Positions 37,448 to 47,598 of a stretch of DNA of 64,000 nt are shown here, piece by piece. The stretch spans positions 34,296-98,295 of the forward strand of contig UQSL01000002.1 of NCBI GenBank assembly GCA_900543705.1, read 5' to 3'. This stretch comes from an uncultured Oscillospiraceae bacterium (GTDB lineage: Bacteria; Bacillota; Clostridia; Oscillospirales; Ruminococcaceae). The translations under genes and the position numbers were made by a program. The notes beneath the pieces were generated by a model that was not told where the DNA came from, did no database searches, and saw only the letters and a program-made list of their open reading frames with translations. Positions within the stretch are counted from its first letter, which is position 1, and each line of letters opens with the position of its first letter.

Positions 37448-38578
37448 GTGAAACTCGAGGAATATGTGTTTAAAGGTGCCAAACGCCTGCGGTGCGGTTA
37501 TACGACAGGAAGCTGTGCTACGCTCGCGGCTAAGGCCGCGGCGCATACTTTGCTTTTTCGACGGCCCTGCGAAACCGTGCGCATCCTCACGCCCAAGGGC
37601 ATCGAACTTACCGTCCCGGTGGAGAAGCTCACTGTGGGGGACGATTTCGTGCGCTGTGCGGTACGCAAGGACAGCGGGGACGATCCGGATGTGACCGACG
37701 GTATCCTCATCTTTTCCGAGGTGAGGAAAGTGCCCGGGCACGGTATTGCCATTGAGGGCGGCGAAGGCGTCGGCCGGGTGACCAAGCGCGGGCTCGAGCA
37801 GCCGGTGGGTGCAGCTGCCATCAACCGGGTACCAAGGCAGATGATTACCGAGGCGGTTGAGGAAATCTGTGAGCAGGCAGGGTACGACGGGGCGCTCCTT
37901 GTCACGGTGAGCATCCCACGGGGCGCTGAGCTTGCCGCTCGCACCTTCAACCCACGGCTCGGCATCAAAGGCGGGTTGTCCGTTCTTGGTACGACCGGGA
38001 TTGTCGAGCCGATGAGCGAGCAGGCCCTTGTAGATAGCATCGAGCTGGAAATCAAGATACGTGCGCAGGAAAGCCGAAAGCTCCTCATCCTGGCGCCTGG
38101 CAGCTATGGGGAGGACTTTATCAAAGCCACACCCGCGCTCCAGTTGGCCCCAGTCATCAAATGCTCCAATTATATCGGGGATGCGGTGGAATTCAGCGTG
38201 CGGTATGGATTTGAAAATATCCTGCTTGTCGGGCATATCGGCAAGCTGGTCAAGCTCGCCGCCGGGGTATACAATACTCATTCCCGCTATGCGGACTGCC
38301 GTCTGGAAGTCTTGACCGCGCACGCGGCGCTCGCCGGGTGTAGCCGGAACATTGCACGGCAATTGATGGAAAGCGCCACGACTGATGAGGCGGTACGCAT
38401 CTTGAAAGAACAGGAAATTCTTCAACCGGTGATACGATCGGTTTTACAAAAGATAGAGGACACTCTCTCCCGCTTTGCCGGGGAAAGCGTGCGCACGGGC
38501 GCGGTGCTATACGGCGCGCAGGGCCTGCTCGGAATGACCGGGCAGGCGAAAGAGATACTCAGGAGGAACATGGATTGA
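37448..38578 (+). CDS. cbiD: cobalt-precorrin-5B (C1)-methyltransferase
   Basis: LRCGYTTGSCATLAAKAA and GTTGIVEPMS motifs. GTG start with GAGGAGG RBS. Confidence 0.9.
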   Translation: MKLEEYVFKGAKRLRCGYTTGSCATLAAKAAAHTLLFRRPCETVRILTPKGIELTVPVEKLTVGDDFVRCAVRKDSGDDPDVTDGILIFSEVRKVPGHGIAIEGGEGVGRVTKRGLEQPVGAAAINRVPRQMITEAVEEICEQAGYDGALLVTVSIPRGAELAARTFNPRLGIKGGLSVLGTTGIVEPMSEQALVDSIELEIKIRAQESRKLLILAPGSYGEDFIKATPALQLAPVIKCSNYIGDAVEFSVRYGFENILLVGHIGKLVKLAAGVYNTHSRYADCRLEVLTAHAALAGCSRNIARQLMESATTDEAVRILKEQEILQPVIRSVLQKIEDTLSRFAGESVRTGAVLYGAQGLLGMTGQAKEILRRNMD

Positions 38579-39291
38579 ACAACAGGAAAAAACAGGAGAC
38601 CTTTTACGGAATCGGGATTGGCCCGGGCGATCCGGAGCTGCTCACGCTCAAGGCAGTGCGGCTGCTGGAGCAATGCCCGGTCATTGCCTGCCCGCAGACA
38701 GCGGGGGAAAAAACGCTGGCGCTTGACATCGTGCGTAAGGCTGTTTCTTTCGAGGGAAAAACGGTTCTGCCGCTCTCCTTTTCGATGAGTCGGGAAAAAG
38801 AGGTGCGCGAAAAGAGCCATATGCAGGCGGCGGAGCTGATTTTATCCGAGCTTGCAGCCGGGCGCGACGTCGCGATGATAACACTTGGAGATGTCTCCAT
38901 TTACTCCACCTACGCGTATCTCCAGCCGTTGATTCAGGCGGCGGGCTACCGCACACAGATGGTACCTGGCGTACCGAGCTTCTGCGTGGTGGCTGCGAGG
39001 CTCGGGCAGAGCCTTGCCGAAGGGGAAGCGCCCCTGCACATCCTCCCGGCGGGGTATGACGGCTGGGAGGATGCTCTCTCTCTTCCCGGTACCAAAGTGC
39101 TGATGAAGGCGGGCAGGAGCCTGCCCGGGGTGGCAAAGGCGCTGGAGGAGCGAGGCCTTGCAAACAGCGCTGCTCTGGTGCAAAACTGCGGGCTGGCCGA
39201 CGAACTTGTCCGAAAAGACATGACGGGAGGATTACCTGAAACCGGGTACTTTACCACTGTGGTGGTCAGGGAAGGGAAGGATAACCGATGA
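38575..39291 (+). CDS. cbiL: cobalt-precorrin-2 C20-methyltransferase
   Basis: FYGIGIGPGDPELLTLKA and TLGDVSIYST. Overlapping start/stop. Confidence 0.85.
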   Translation: MNNRKKQETFYGIGIGPGDPELLTLKAVRLLEQCPVIACPQTAGEKTLALDIVRKAVSFEGKTVLPLSFSMSREKEVREKSHMQAAELILSELAAGRDVAMITLGDVSIYSTYAYLQPLIQAAGYRTQMVPGVPSFCVVAARLGQSLAEGEAPLHILPAGYDGWEDALSLPGTKVLMKAGRSLPGVAKALEERGLANSAALVQNCGLADELVRKDMTGGLPETGYFTTVVVREGKDNR

Positions 39292-40046
39292 TTACCTTTG
39301 TAGGTGCGGGCAGCGGCGCGCCGGATTTGATTACCGTGCGCGGGCAGCGCCTGATCGAGAAGGCAGACCGGATTATCTATGCCGGGAGCCTTGTCAATCC
39401 CGCATTACTAGATGCGGCAAAGCCCGGCTGCATCAAACAGAACAGCGCGAAGATGACGCTCGAAGAGGTTTTTTCCTCCATGCTTCAAAATGAGGAGCAG
39501 GGCGGGCTCTGCGTACGCCTACACACTGGAGATCCGAGCATCTACGGCGCCATCCGGGAGCAGATGGATTTACTCGAGGAACGGGGCATCCCCTATGAGG
39601 TGGTGCCCGGCGTCTCTAGCCTGTGCGGGGCGGCGGCCGCGTTAAAAGCCGAGTATACCCTACCCGGAATCAGCCAGACGGTCATCATCACCCGGATGGC
39701 GGGACGCACCCCTGTCCCAGCGGGACAGGGGGTCAAGAGTCTCGCCGCCCACGGCGCGACGATGGTGCTGTTTTTGAGCGCCGGACTGCTTAAGGAGACA
39801 CAGCGCGAACTGCTCGAGGGCGGTTATGCGCCTGAGACTCCCGCCGCCATCGTCTACAAGGCAACCTGGCCGGACGAGCAGGTGTACCGTTGTACGGTCG
39901 GCACGCTCGCGCAGACGGCACAGGAACACAACATTAGCAAAACCGCACTGATTATGGTCGGCGGCTTTCTGGGGGAAAGCTATGACCGTTCCAGGTTATA
40001 TGACCCTGGTTTTACAACCGGATTTCGGAAGGGGGCTAAACGGTGA
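39288..40046 (+). CDS. cbiF: cobalt-precorrin-4 C11-methyltransferase
   Basis: ITFVGAGSGAPDLITVRG, YAGSLV, HTGDPSIYGA. Confidence 0.9.
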   Translation: MITFVGAGSGAPDLITVRGQRLIEKADRIIYAGSLVNPALLDAAKPGCIKQNSAKMTLEEVFSSMLQNEEQGGLCVRLHTGDPSIYGAIREQMDLLEERGIPYEVVPGVSSLCGAAAALKAEYTLPGISQTVIITRMAGRTPVPAGQGVKSLAAHGATMVLFLSAGLLKETQRELLEGGYAPETPAAIVYKATWPDEQVYRCTVGTLAQTAQEHNISKTALIMVGGFLGESYDRSRLYDPGFTTGFRKGAKR

Positions 40047-41059
40047 GAGCATCCCTGATTGCGTTTTCCGAAAAAGGATGGACATTGGCCAAAATGATTG
40101 CCGCAAATCTACCGGAACAGAGCGGGGATACGGCGAGGGTGTCCAAGGGTTTCGGCGCGGGCAAAGAGGATTTGCACCTTTGGACGAAACAGGCGTTTTC
40201 AGACTCCGACTTGCTTGTATTTGTGGGGGCGGCGGGCATTGCAGTGCGCGCTGTAGCGCCCTTTGTGTACTCGAAACTCTCTGACCCGGCGGTCGTCTCG
40301 GTGGATGACGGCGCGCGTTTTAGTATCCCCCTGCTTTCCGGGCATATCGGCGGGGCGAACCGGTACGCCGTGCGCATCGGGAAGATTACCGGCGCGGTTC
40401 CCGCAGTGACCACGGCGACGGACGTCCACGGGCTGTTCGCGGTGGACGACTGGGCGGCGCGGCATGGATATTTCATCGACACCCCGGAGAACATCAAGCG
40501 GGTCTCCGCCGCCCTGCTTGCGGGGGAGCGCATTGGGGTCCGCTGCGAGCTGCCGGTGGAGGGTAAGCTCCCTGCTGGGCTTGTGTGGGAAAAATACCCG
40601 CCGCACATCCGTGTCACGCTGAAACCAGTCAGCGAGCCGGGGACACTTCGCATTATCCCGCCCTTTGTGGTGCTCGGCATCGGGTGCAGGCGGGGAACCT
40701 CCGAGGATACAATTGAGCGGGCGTTTATACAGTTCTGCGAAGAAAATGAGATTTCTCCCCATGCATTTTGCAGGGTGTGCAGTATTGATTTAAAACAGGA
40801 TGAGGCGGGAATCCTCGCCTTTTGTAAAGCCCGCTCTCTTCCGTTTGTCACCTACCTCGTGGAAGAACTAAAACAGGCACCCGGTAACTTTACGGCCTCC
40901 GACTTTGTGCGGCGGACAACCGGCGTGGATAATGTCTGCGAGCGCTCCGCTCTGCTCGGTGCGGGGAAAGGCGGAGAGCGTATCGTGAAGAAGTCTGTCT
41001 ATGAAGGCGTGACGCTTGCTGCGGCGGTGAGCGCACAGGCAGTGAATTTTGAGAAGTAG
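40043..41059 (+). CDS. cbiG: cobalt-precorrin-5A hydrolase
   Basis: 338 aa. CbiG N- and C-terminal domain pattern (GHIGGAN; LGIGCRRG). Position between cbiF and cbiH. Confidence 0.85.
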   Translation: MRASLIAFSEKGWTLAKMIAANLPEQSGDTARVSKGFGAGKEDLHLWTKQAFSDSDLLVFVGAAGIAVRAVAPFVYSKLSDPAVVSVDDGARFSIPLLSGHIGGANRYAVRIGKITGAVPAVTTATDVHGLFAVDDWAARHGYFIDTPENIKRVSAALLAGERIGVRCELPVEGKLPAGLVWEKYPPHIRVTLKPVSEPGTLRIIPPFVVLGIGCRRGTSEDTIERAFIQFCEENEISPHAFCRVCSIDLKQDEAGILAFCKARSLPFVTYLVEELKQAPGNFTASDFVRRTTGVDNVCERSALLGAGKGGERIVKKSVYEGVTLAAAVSAQAVNFEK

Positions 41060-41072
41060 CGGGGAAAAACAG

Positions 41073-41810
41073 ATGAAACTCTATGTGATAGGAATTGGTC
41101 CGGGCGGCGGGGAGGACATGACCCTGCGCGCGGTCAGGGCGCTCAAGGCGTGCGACACGCTGGTCGGCTATCCGGTCTATGTGGACTTGGTACGGGATGT
41201 TTTTGAAGGGGAGCGGGTTTTGATCACCCCGATGAAACAGGAAATCGAACGGTGCCGTATGGCGGAGGACGAAGAGTCTTCCGGGGATACGGGTGCAATG
41301 GTTTGCCCCGGGGGTACGGGGGGAGGTGGAATGGCGGGTCTGATATTAGAAATTGCAAAAGAGCATCCGGAGCTGCCGGTTGAAATTGTCCCCGGCGTAA
41401 CGGCAGCACTTTCAGGCGCTTCTGTGCTCGGCGCGCCGCTTGCGCACGATTTTGCAGTTATCAGTCTAAGCGATCTGCTCACCCGATGGGAGGTAATCGA
41501 AGCTCGCCTTCGTGCCGCCGCGCAGGCGGATTTTGTGATTTGCCTGTATAACCCGGCGAGTAAAAAGCGCGCGGATTACCTGCACCGCGCCTGTGAAATT
41601 TTGCTCGAGGCAAAATCCCCGCAGACAGTATGCGCAACGGCACGAAACATCGGGAGGGACGGACAGGAATCGAAGCTGATGACGCTTACAGAGCTTGCGA
41701 ATGCCCCGGCGGACATGTTCACCACTGTGTTTATTGGCAGCAGCCGGACCAAAGTGGTAAACGGGCGGATGGTGACCCCGCGCGGGTATGAGGCAAAGGG
41801 AACGCTATGA
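41073..41810 (+). CDS. cbiH: cobalt-precorrin-3B C17-methyltransferase
   Basis: MKLYVIGIGPGG, EIERC, PGVTAA, HDFAVISLSDLLT, ICLYNP, TPRGY. The GDxGxYG loop is atypical (see findings). Confidence 0.85.
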   Translation: MKLYVIGIGPGGGEDMTLRAVRALKACDTLVGYPVYVDLVRDVFEGERVLITPMKQEIERCRMAEDEESSGDTGAMVCPGGTGGGGMAGLILEIAKEHPELPVEIVPGVTAALSGASVLGAPLAHDFAVISLSDLLTRWEVIEARLRAAAQADFVICLYNPASKKRADYLHRACEILLEAKSPQTVCATARNIGRDGQESKLMTLTELANAPADMFTTVFIGSSRTKVVNGRMVTPRGYEAKGTL

Positions 41811-42571
41811 AGCTGCTGATTTTTTCCGGCACGACCGAGGGAAAACGGCTGTGCAGGGCCTTACTAAAAAGAGGCGGCTTTTGTATCACTGTGAGCGTCG
41901 CAACCGAATACGGGGCGCAAAGCATGGAGGAACTCTCCGGCTGCTCCGTACTTAAGGGTCGGCTTGACAAGGAGCAGATGGAACGCCTTTTCTGTGCAGA
42001 ACACTTTGACGCGGTTGTGGATGCGACCCACCCCTATGCGGTGGAGGTGACAAAAAACATCGCGCTCGCCTGCAAAAAGACGGATACGCGGTATCTGCGC
42101 CTGTTAAGGGAGGCGGAGCCCCTCCCGGAGCACTGTCTTGCGGTGAAGGATGCAAAAGGTGCGGCGCAGGCCCTTGCCGGCACGCGGGGAAACATTCTGC
42201 TGACAACAGGGGCAAAGGAGCTGCGGGAATTCTGTCACGTACCGGAGTATCGGGCACGCATGTATCCCCGCGTGCTGCCCTTCGTCGAATCGATTGCTGC
42301 CTGCCTGGAGCTCGGCTTTGAACGAAGCCACATCATCGCGATGCAGGGGCCGTTTTGCGAGGAACTCAACCTTGCGCTCATCCGCCAGTATTCCATTCGC
42401 TATCTCGTGACTAAGGAGAGTGGGAAGACCGGCGGCTTTGTCGAGAAGATCTCCGCCGCGAAACGGGCGGGGATAGAGGCAATCGTTATCGAGCGGCCAA
42501 AAGAGCGGGGATGTTCTTTTGAAGAAATCCTATCGATTTTAAAAATCAGGAGGGGAACCCATGATGATTAA
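41807..42571 (+). CDS. cbiJ: cobalt-precorrin-6A reductase
   Basis: MKLLIFSGTTEGKRL, DATHPYA, TKESG. Confidence 0.85.
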   Translation: MKLLIFSGTTEGKRLCRALLKRGGFCITVSVATEYGAQSMEELSGCSVLKGRLDKEQMERLFCAEHFDAVVDATHPYAVEVTKNIALACKKTDTRYLRLLREAEPLPEHCLAVKDAKGAAQALAGTRGNILLTTGAKELREFCHVPEYRARMYPRVLPFVESIAACLELGFERSHIIAMQGPFCEELNLALIRQYSIRYLVTKESGKTGGFVEKISAAKRAGIEAIVIERPKERGCSFEEILSILKIRRGTHDD

Positions 42572-43772
42572 GCTGATATCCATCGGGCCGGGCGGCAAGG
42601 AGCTGATGACCGTGGCGGCTGTGCAGGCTATCGCGGACGCGGACTGCCTGATTGGCGCGCCGCGCCTACTGGAAAGCTTTTCTGACAGTGCTGCGGTGCG
42701 AGTCCCCCTGATTTCTTCTGATAAGATTATGCAGTATCTAAGCGAGCATCCGGAGTATCCGTCCGCCTGCGTACTGCTCAGCGGGGATGCGGGCTTTTAC
42801 AGCGGTGCGAAAAAGCTCACGGAACTTTTGGGAACCCAGCGGGTCCAGATCATTCCCGGGATTTCCTCGGTTGCCTGCTTTGCCGCCAGGCTGAATCTGC
42901 CATGGCAGGACTGGCATCTTGTCAGTGCGCACGGGAAAGGCTGCGATATCATCTCGCAGGTTTTAAACTTTGAAAAGACCTTTGTACTCACCGGCGGGGC
43001 AGTCACGCCGGCAACTTTGTGTGAAGAGCTTGTACAGGCAGGGCTCGGGGATATCTCCGCCTTCGCGGGGGAAAACCTCTCCTACGACAATGAGCGGATA
43101 ACAAGCGGTACGGCAGAGACCCTCAGCGTTATGGACTTTGCGCCTTTGAGCGTCCTGCTCCTTGTTAATCCAAAAGCGAACCGGCGCGGCCCGGTTACCT
43201 TCGGTTTGCCGGACGAATACTTTGTGCGCGGTGAGGTACCGATGACGAAATCCGAGGTGCGAAGCGTCATCCTCTCAAAATTGCGGCTCAAAGAGAACGA
43301 CACAGCATGGGATATCGGTGCGGGCACCGGCTCGGTCAGTGTGGAGATGGCGCTTGCCGCGCGCTTCGGAAAAGTGTACGCTGTTGAGTGTTCGGGGGAG
43401 GGCTGCGGGCTCATCGTTCAAAACGCCGCGCGTTTTTCCCTGCACAATCTCTACCTTACCCGTGGGATGGCGCCTGAAGCGTGCAGTGCGCTCCCAACAC
43501 CTGATGCGGTGTTTGTCGGGGGAAGCAAGGGGAACTTAACCGAAATTCTTATGCAGCTCAAGGAGAAAAATCCAGCTGTCCGGGTCTGTGTGAGTGCAAT
43601 TACCATTGAAACTGTGTCGCAGGCGCTTGCCTTACTCTCACAGATGGGTTTTGAGCACATCGAGGCGGTGCAGGTATCCATAGCAAAAACGAGGCGTGCC
43701 GGGCGCTCGAATCTCCTGATGGCAAATAACCCGGTCTTTGTCATCAGTGCTTCCGGGAGGGATAAAGCATGA
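42561..43772 (+). CDS. cbiET: fused cobalt-precorrin-7 (C5)/-6B (C15) methyltransferase-decarboxylase (CbiE-CbiT)
   Basis: N-terminal tetrapyrrole methylase (SGDAGFYSG) plus C-terminal class I SAM methyltransferase (DIGAGTGSVSVE). Confidence 0.85.
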   Translation: MMIKLISIGPGGKELMTVAAVQAIADADCLIGAPRLLESFSDSAAVRVPLISSDKIMQYLSEHPEYPSACVLLSGDAGFYSGAKKLTELLGTQRVQIIPGISSVACFAARLNLPWQDWHLVSAHGKGCDIISQVLNFEKTFVLTGGAVTPATLCEELVQAGLGDISAFAGENLSYDNERITSGTAETLSVMDFAPLSVLLLVNPKANRRGPVTFGLPDEYFVRGEVPMTKSEVRSVILSKLRLKENDTAWDIGAGTGSVSVEMALAARFGKVYAVECSGEGCGLIVQNAARFSLHNLYLTRGMAPEACSALPTPDAVFVGGSKGNLTEILMQLKEKNPAVRVCVSAITIETVSQALALLSQMGFEHIEAVQVSIAKTRRAGRSNLLMANNPVFVISASGRDKA

Positions 43773-45154
43773 AATGGGAATTGCCGCGTCTGATGATTAC
43801 GGCGCCAGCCAGCAGCGGAGGAAAAACGGTCGTCACCTGTGCACTGCTCGGCGCACTGCGCAAACGGGGACTGTCCCCGGCGTCTTTTAAATGCGGGCCG
43901 GATTACATTGACCCGATGTTTCACAGGGAAGTGCTCGGGGTGAAAAGCTCGAACATGGATTTGTTTTTTGTGAACGAGGACACAGCACGTTCCCTCTCGG
44001 CAAAATACTCCGAAGGCTGTGACATCGCCGTATTTGAGGGTGTGATGGGGTACTACGACGGCGTAGGCGCGGGAGCCTGCGCGAGCAGCTACCACATCTC
44101 CCATGCACTGGAGGTGCCGTCAGTACTGGTCGTCCCTGCCAAAGGAGCGGCACTCTCTCTCGCCGCGCTCGTCAAGGGCTTTGTCTCCTTTCGTTCCAAA
44201 ACGCAGATTCGGGCAGTACTGTTAAATGGATGCTCCGCCCCGTTGTATGAGATGCTAAAACCCGTCATTGAGCGCGACTGCGGCGTCGAAGTGGTCGGCT
44301 ACCTGCCAAAGGATGAGTGTTTTGCTCTGGAGAGCCGCTATCTCGGGCTGGTTACGCCAAAAGAAACGGCAAAAATCAGGCAGAAGCTCACCTGCATGGC
44401 GGATGCTTTGGAGCGGACGGTGGATATCAACCGCCTGATCTCCCTGGCGGGGGAGGCACCGCCGGTGGAGTATGCTCCATTCACGACAGCAGCTGAGGGA
44501 CAGAGAAAAGTCCGTCTTGCAGTTGCGCAAGATAAGGCATTTAGTTTTTACTATACGGAAAACCTGGATTTGCTCCGGGAACTCGGAGCGGAGATTATCC
44601 CGTTTTCCCCGCTGTGTGAAAAAGAACTGCCCGAGAATATCGACGGGCTGTATCTCGGCGGTGGGTACCCGGAGGTGTTTGCGGCAAAGCTCTCTGCTAA
44701 CGAAAGCATGCTCTCCTCTGTCCGTCAAGCGGTCGAGAGTGGGCTTCCCACCTTTGCGGAGTGCGGGGGCTTTTTGTACCTGCACGAGACGCTGTGCGAC
44801 GAGCAGGGAAAAGAATACCGAATGGCGGATGTGCTCCACGCCAAAGCATTGAAAGGCGAGCACCTGCGGCACTTCGGGTACGTCACACTGACGGCAAAGC
44901 ATAACAACCTGCTGTGCAAAGCAGGGGAAAAAATTTCCTCGCACGAATTCCATTACTACCAGAGCAGCGCGGAGGGGGACGATTTCACGGCGAAAAAGAG
45001 CTTTCGTCAGACCTCATGGGACTGCATTACCGCGAAAGGAAATTTTTTCGCAGGCTTCCCGCACCTTTACTTTTACGCGAATCCCCGCTTTGCCGAGCGC
45101 TTTGTAAAAACCATGAGAACCTATGCGGAGGAACACCATCATGACGCTTTCTGA
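43769..45154 (+). CDS. cbiA: cobyrinate a,c-diamide synthase
   Basis: SSGGKT P-loop, GPDYIDP, and C-terminal GATase ECGGFLYL. Confidence 0.9.
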   Translation: MKWELPRLMITAPASSGGKTVVTCALLGALRKRGLSPASFKCGPDYIDPMFHREVLGVKSSNMDLFFVNEDTARSLSAKYSEGCDIAVFEGVMGYYDGVGAGACASSYHISHALEVPSVLVVPAKGAALSLAALVKGFVSFRSKTQIRAVLLNGCSAPLYEMLKPVIERDCGVEVVGYLPKDECFALESRYLGLVTPKETAKIRQKLTCMADALERTVDINRLISLAGEAPPVEYAPFTTAAEGQRKVRLAVAQDKAFSFYYTENLDLLRELGAEIIPFSPLCEKELPENIDGLYLGGGYPEVFAAKLSANESMLSSVRQAVESGLPTFAECGGFLYLHETLCDEQGKEYRMADVLHAKALKGEHLRHFGYVTLTAKHNNLLCKAGEKISSHEFHYYQSSAEGDDFTAKKSFRQTSWDCITAKGNFFAGFPHLYFYANPRFAERFVKTMRTYAEEHHHDAF

Positions 45155-46199
45155 GACAATACAGGCGGTAACTCCGCCGGATAAACAGGCGGCGGAGCAG
45201 GCGCAGCGCCGGTTTGACAGCATTGCAAAGCCTCTGCATGGGCTGGGCCTGCTTGAGGACGCGGTGTGCCGGATCGCCGGAATACAGGGAACCTCCCGGG
45301 TGCAAATCGACAAGCGCGCACTTGCAGTGTTCTGTGCGGACAACGGCGTGGTGGCTGAAGGCGTCACCCAGACCGGGAGTGAAGTGACTGCGCTTGTCGC
45401 AAAAAATCTCTGCCATGGGAATACGAGCGTCAGCAATATGGCAAGGGTGGCCCATGTGGATGTGTTTCCCGTGGACATGGGGATGAACGCCCCAGTGAGC
45501 GAGGCAGGTATACTCGATTGCGCGGTCGCACGCGGAACCGGGAACATAGCAAAAGGCCCGGCCATGACGGGGGAACAGGCTGTTTTGGCAATCGAGCACG
45601 GAATATCTCTGGCTTCTCACATGGCAGAGAAGGGCTATACCATCCTCGCCACAGGGGAGATGGGAATCGGCAACACCACGACGAGCAGCGCAGTTGCAAG
45701 CGTGCTGCTGGTCCGTCCCGCCGACGAGATGACCGGTCGCGGAGCCGGACTGGATACGCCGGGGCTTGCTAGAAAAATTCGCACAATTGAGCAGGCCGTA
45801 CGCCTTAACCGCCCGAACGCGGAGGATGTGCTCGATGTGCTTGCAAAGCTCGGCGGCTTTGATATCGCGGGTATGGTGGGGCTGTTTCTCGGTGGCGCGG
45901 CCTGCCGTGTGCCGGTTGTCATCGACGGATTTATCTCCTCGGTCGCGGCGCTGATCGCGGCCAGGCTATGCCCGGATGCGGCCGGGTACATGCTCGCAAG
46001 CCATGTGAGCGGGGAGCCTGCGGGGAGAGTCGTGCTCGATGCGTTGGGATTATCCCCGGTCATCACGGCCGACATGCATCTCGGGGAAGGGACGGGCGCG
46101 ATGGCGCTGTTCCCGCTGCTCGACATGGCACTTGCGGTTTATGAGAATATGAGCACGTTTGAGGATATTCACATGGAGGAATACCGTCCTCTTGACTGA
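45141..46199 (+). CDS. cobT: nicotinate-nucleotide--dimethylbenzimidazole phosphoribosyltransferase
   Basis: Start at MTLSETIQ (GGAGGA RBS). KPLHGLGLLE, GEMGIGNTT, LGEGTGA. Confidence 0.9.
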   Translation: MTLSETIQAVTPPDKQAAEQAQRRFDSIAKPLHGLGLLEDAVCRIAGIQGTSRVQIDKRALAVFCADNGVVAEGVTQTGSEVTALVAKNLCHGNTSVSNMARVAHVDVFPVDMGMNAPVSEAGILDCAVARGTGNIAKGPAMTGEQAVLAIEHGISLASHMAEKGYTILATGEMGIGNTTTSSAVASVLLVRPADEMTGRGAGLDTPGLARKIRTIEQAVRLNRPNAEDVLDVLAKLGGFDIAGMVGLFLGGAACRVPVVIDGFISSVAALIAARLCPDAAGYMLASHVSGEPAGRVVLDALGLSPVITADMHLGEGTGAMALFPLLDMALAVYENMSTFEDIHMEEYRPLD

Positions 46200-46220
46200 C
46201 TGCAGAAAGGAGGAGGTTTT

Positions 46221-46757
46221 GTGACGGTACTGGTGTACGGCGGTGCGGCAAGCGGGAAAAGTGAATACGCGGAAACCCTTATCCTGAATGGACAGGAGAA
46301 CCCGAGAATCTACCTTGCCACGATGGAACCGTTTGGCGAGGAGGGCCGCGCGCGCATTGAGCGTCACCGCAAGCTCAGGGAAAACAAGGGCTTTGTGACT
46401 TTGGAGCGCTGCACCTCCCTTTCATCTTTGCATGTGCCAAGGGGCAGTGCCGTCCTGCTTGAGGATTTGGGAAACCTGTGTGCAAATGAATTGTTTTCCC
46501 CCGAAGGGGCTGGCTCGGGGAGGGTGCTCGGGGAGATTTTATCCGGTATCGAAAACCTGGCACAACAGGCGGGCCGGCTTGTGATTGTCTCCAACGATAT
46601 CTTCTCGGGTGCCGGGCAGTATGAGGGGGAGATGGCGCAGTATCTTTGCCTGATGGGTACGCTCCACCAAATAATCGCCGAAATTGCATCGACAGTCGTG
46701 GAAGTCGTCTGCGGAATACCGATTTTCCACAAAGGGGGAACACCGTGTGCTAATTGA
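46221..46757 (+). CDS. cobU: adenosylcobinamide kinase / adenosylcobinamide-phosphate guanylyltransferase
   Basis: P-loop GGAASGKS, His-containing IERHRKLR, C-terminal VSNDIFSG...VVCGIP. GTG start. Confidence 0.85.
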   Translation: MTVLVYGGAASGKSEYAETLILNGQENPRIYLATMEPFGEEGRARIERHRKLRENKGFVTLERCTSLSSLHVPRGSAVLLEDLGNLCANELFSPEGAGSGRVLGEILSGIENLAQQAGRLVIVSNDIFSGAGQYEGEMAQYLCLMGTLHQIIAEIASTVVEVVCGIPIFHKGGTPCAN

Positions 46758-47511
46758 GTCTTGTATCATTGCGTTTGCCATGTACTCCGCCCTGCCGATG
46801 CCCCGGGTGGAGTGGAACAGGGAGAACATGCAGTACGCCCTGTGCTTTTTTCCGCTGATTGGGCTAGTGAGCAGCGCACTTCTGGCTCTCTGGCGGCTTT
46901 TTTGCCTATGGCTGAATTTTTCCGACATCCTGTTTGCGGCGGGGGCAGTGCTCCTACCAGTGCTGGTGACGGGCGGAATTCATCTGGATGGCTTTTGTGA
47001 TACGGTGGATGCACTTTCCAGCCATCAGGAGAGAGAAAAAAAGCTTGCCATTCTCAAAGACCCGCATACCGGGGCGTTTGCCGTGATCGGGCTATGCTGC
47101 CTGTTTGTATCGTCCTTTGCGCTTTGGTACGAGGTTTCGGCGGATGGGAAAACGCTGCTAATTCTGGGGACGGGCTTTGTCCTTTCCCGTTCGCTCAGCG
47201 GCCTTGCCGTAACTTGCTTCCCGTTTGCCAAGAACACCGGGCTTGCCTATACCTTCGCGAGTATGTCTGCGAAAAAGCGGACCTCCATTTGGCTATGTAT
47301 CCTCTGCGCCGTCTGTATGGGCGGTATGGTACTGATGCATCCCATTTTCGGGGGGATGTGCGCACTCGCCTCCCTTCTCTGTTTCGGGTATTATTACTGG
47401 ATGGCAAAACGGCAGTTTGGCGGTATCACTGGGGATTTAGCAGGATACTTTCTGCAGCTATGTGAGCTGCTTCAAATTTTATCAGTTGTCCTGGGACAAA
47501 AGTTATTTTAA
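46747..47511 (+). CDS. cobS: adenosylcobinamide-GDP ribazoletransferase (cobalamin synthase)
   Basis: Polytopic. GGIHLDGFCDTVDAL and GGITGDLAGYF motifs. GTG start after AAGGGGGA, overlapping the cobU end. Confidence 0.85.
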   Translation: MLIESCIIAFAMYSALPMPRVEWNRENMQYALCFFPLIGLVSSALLALWRLFCLWLNFSDILFAAGAVLLPVLVTGGIHLDGFCDTVDALSSHQEREKKLAILKDPHTGAFAVIGLCCLFVSSFALWYEVSADGKTLLILGTGFVLSRSLSGLAVTCFPFAKNTGLAYTFASMSAKKRTSIWLCILCAVCMGGMVLMHPIFGGMCALASLLCFGYYYWMAKRQFGGITGDLAGYFLQLCELLQILSVVLGQKLF

Positions 47512-47531
47512 TCCATGGGAAAATATGCTAG

Positions 47532-47566
47532 AATAAAGAGGATATTAGTCTAATATCCTCTTTATT
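47532..47566 (+). other. perfect 16-bp stem hairpin between cobS and the cobU-like gene
   Basis: AATAAAGAGGATATTA-gtc-TAATATCCTCTTTATT. Confidence 0.6.
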
Positions 47567-47598
47567 CGTCACTATAGTGTCTTTGGGAGGGAAAGCGG

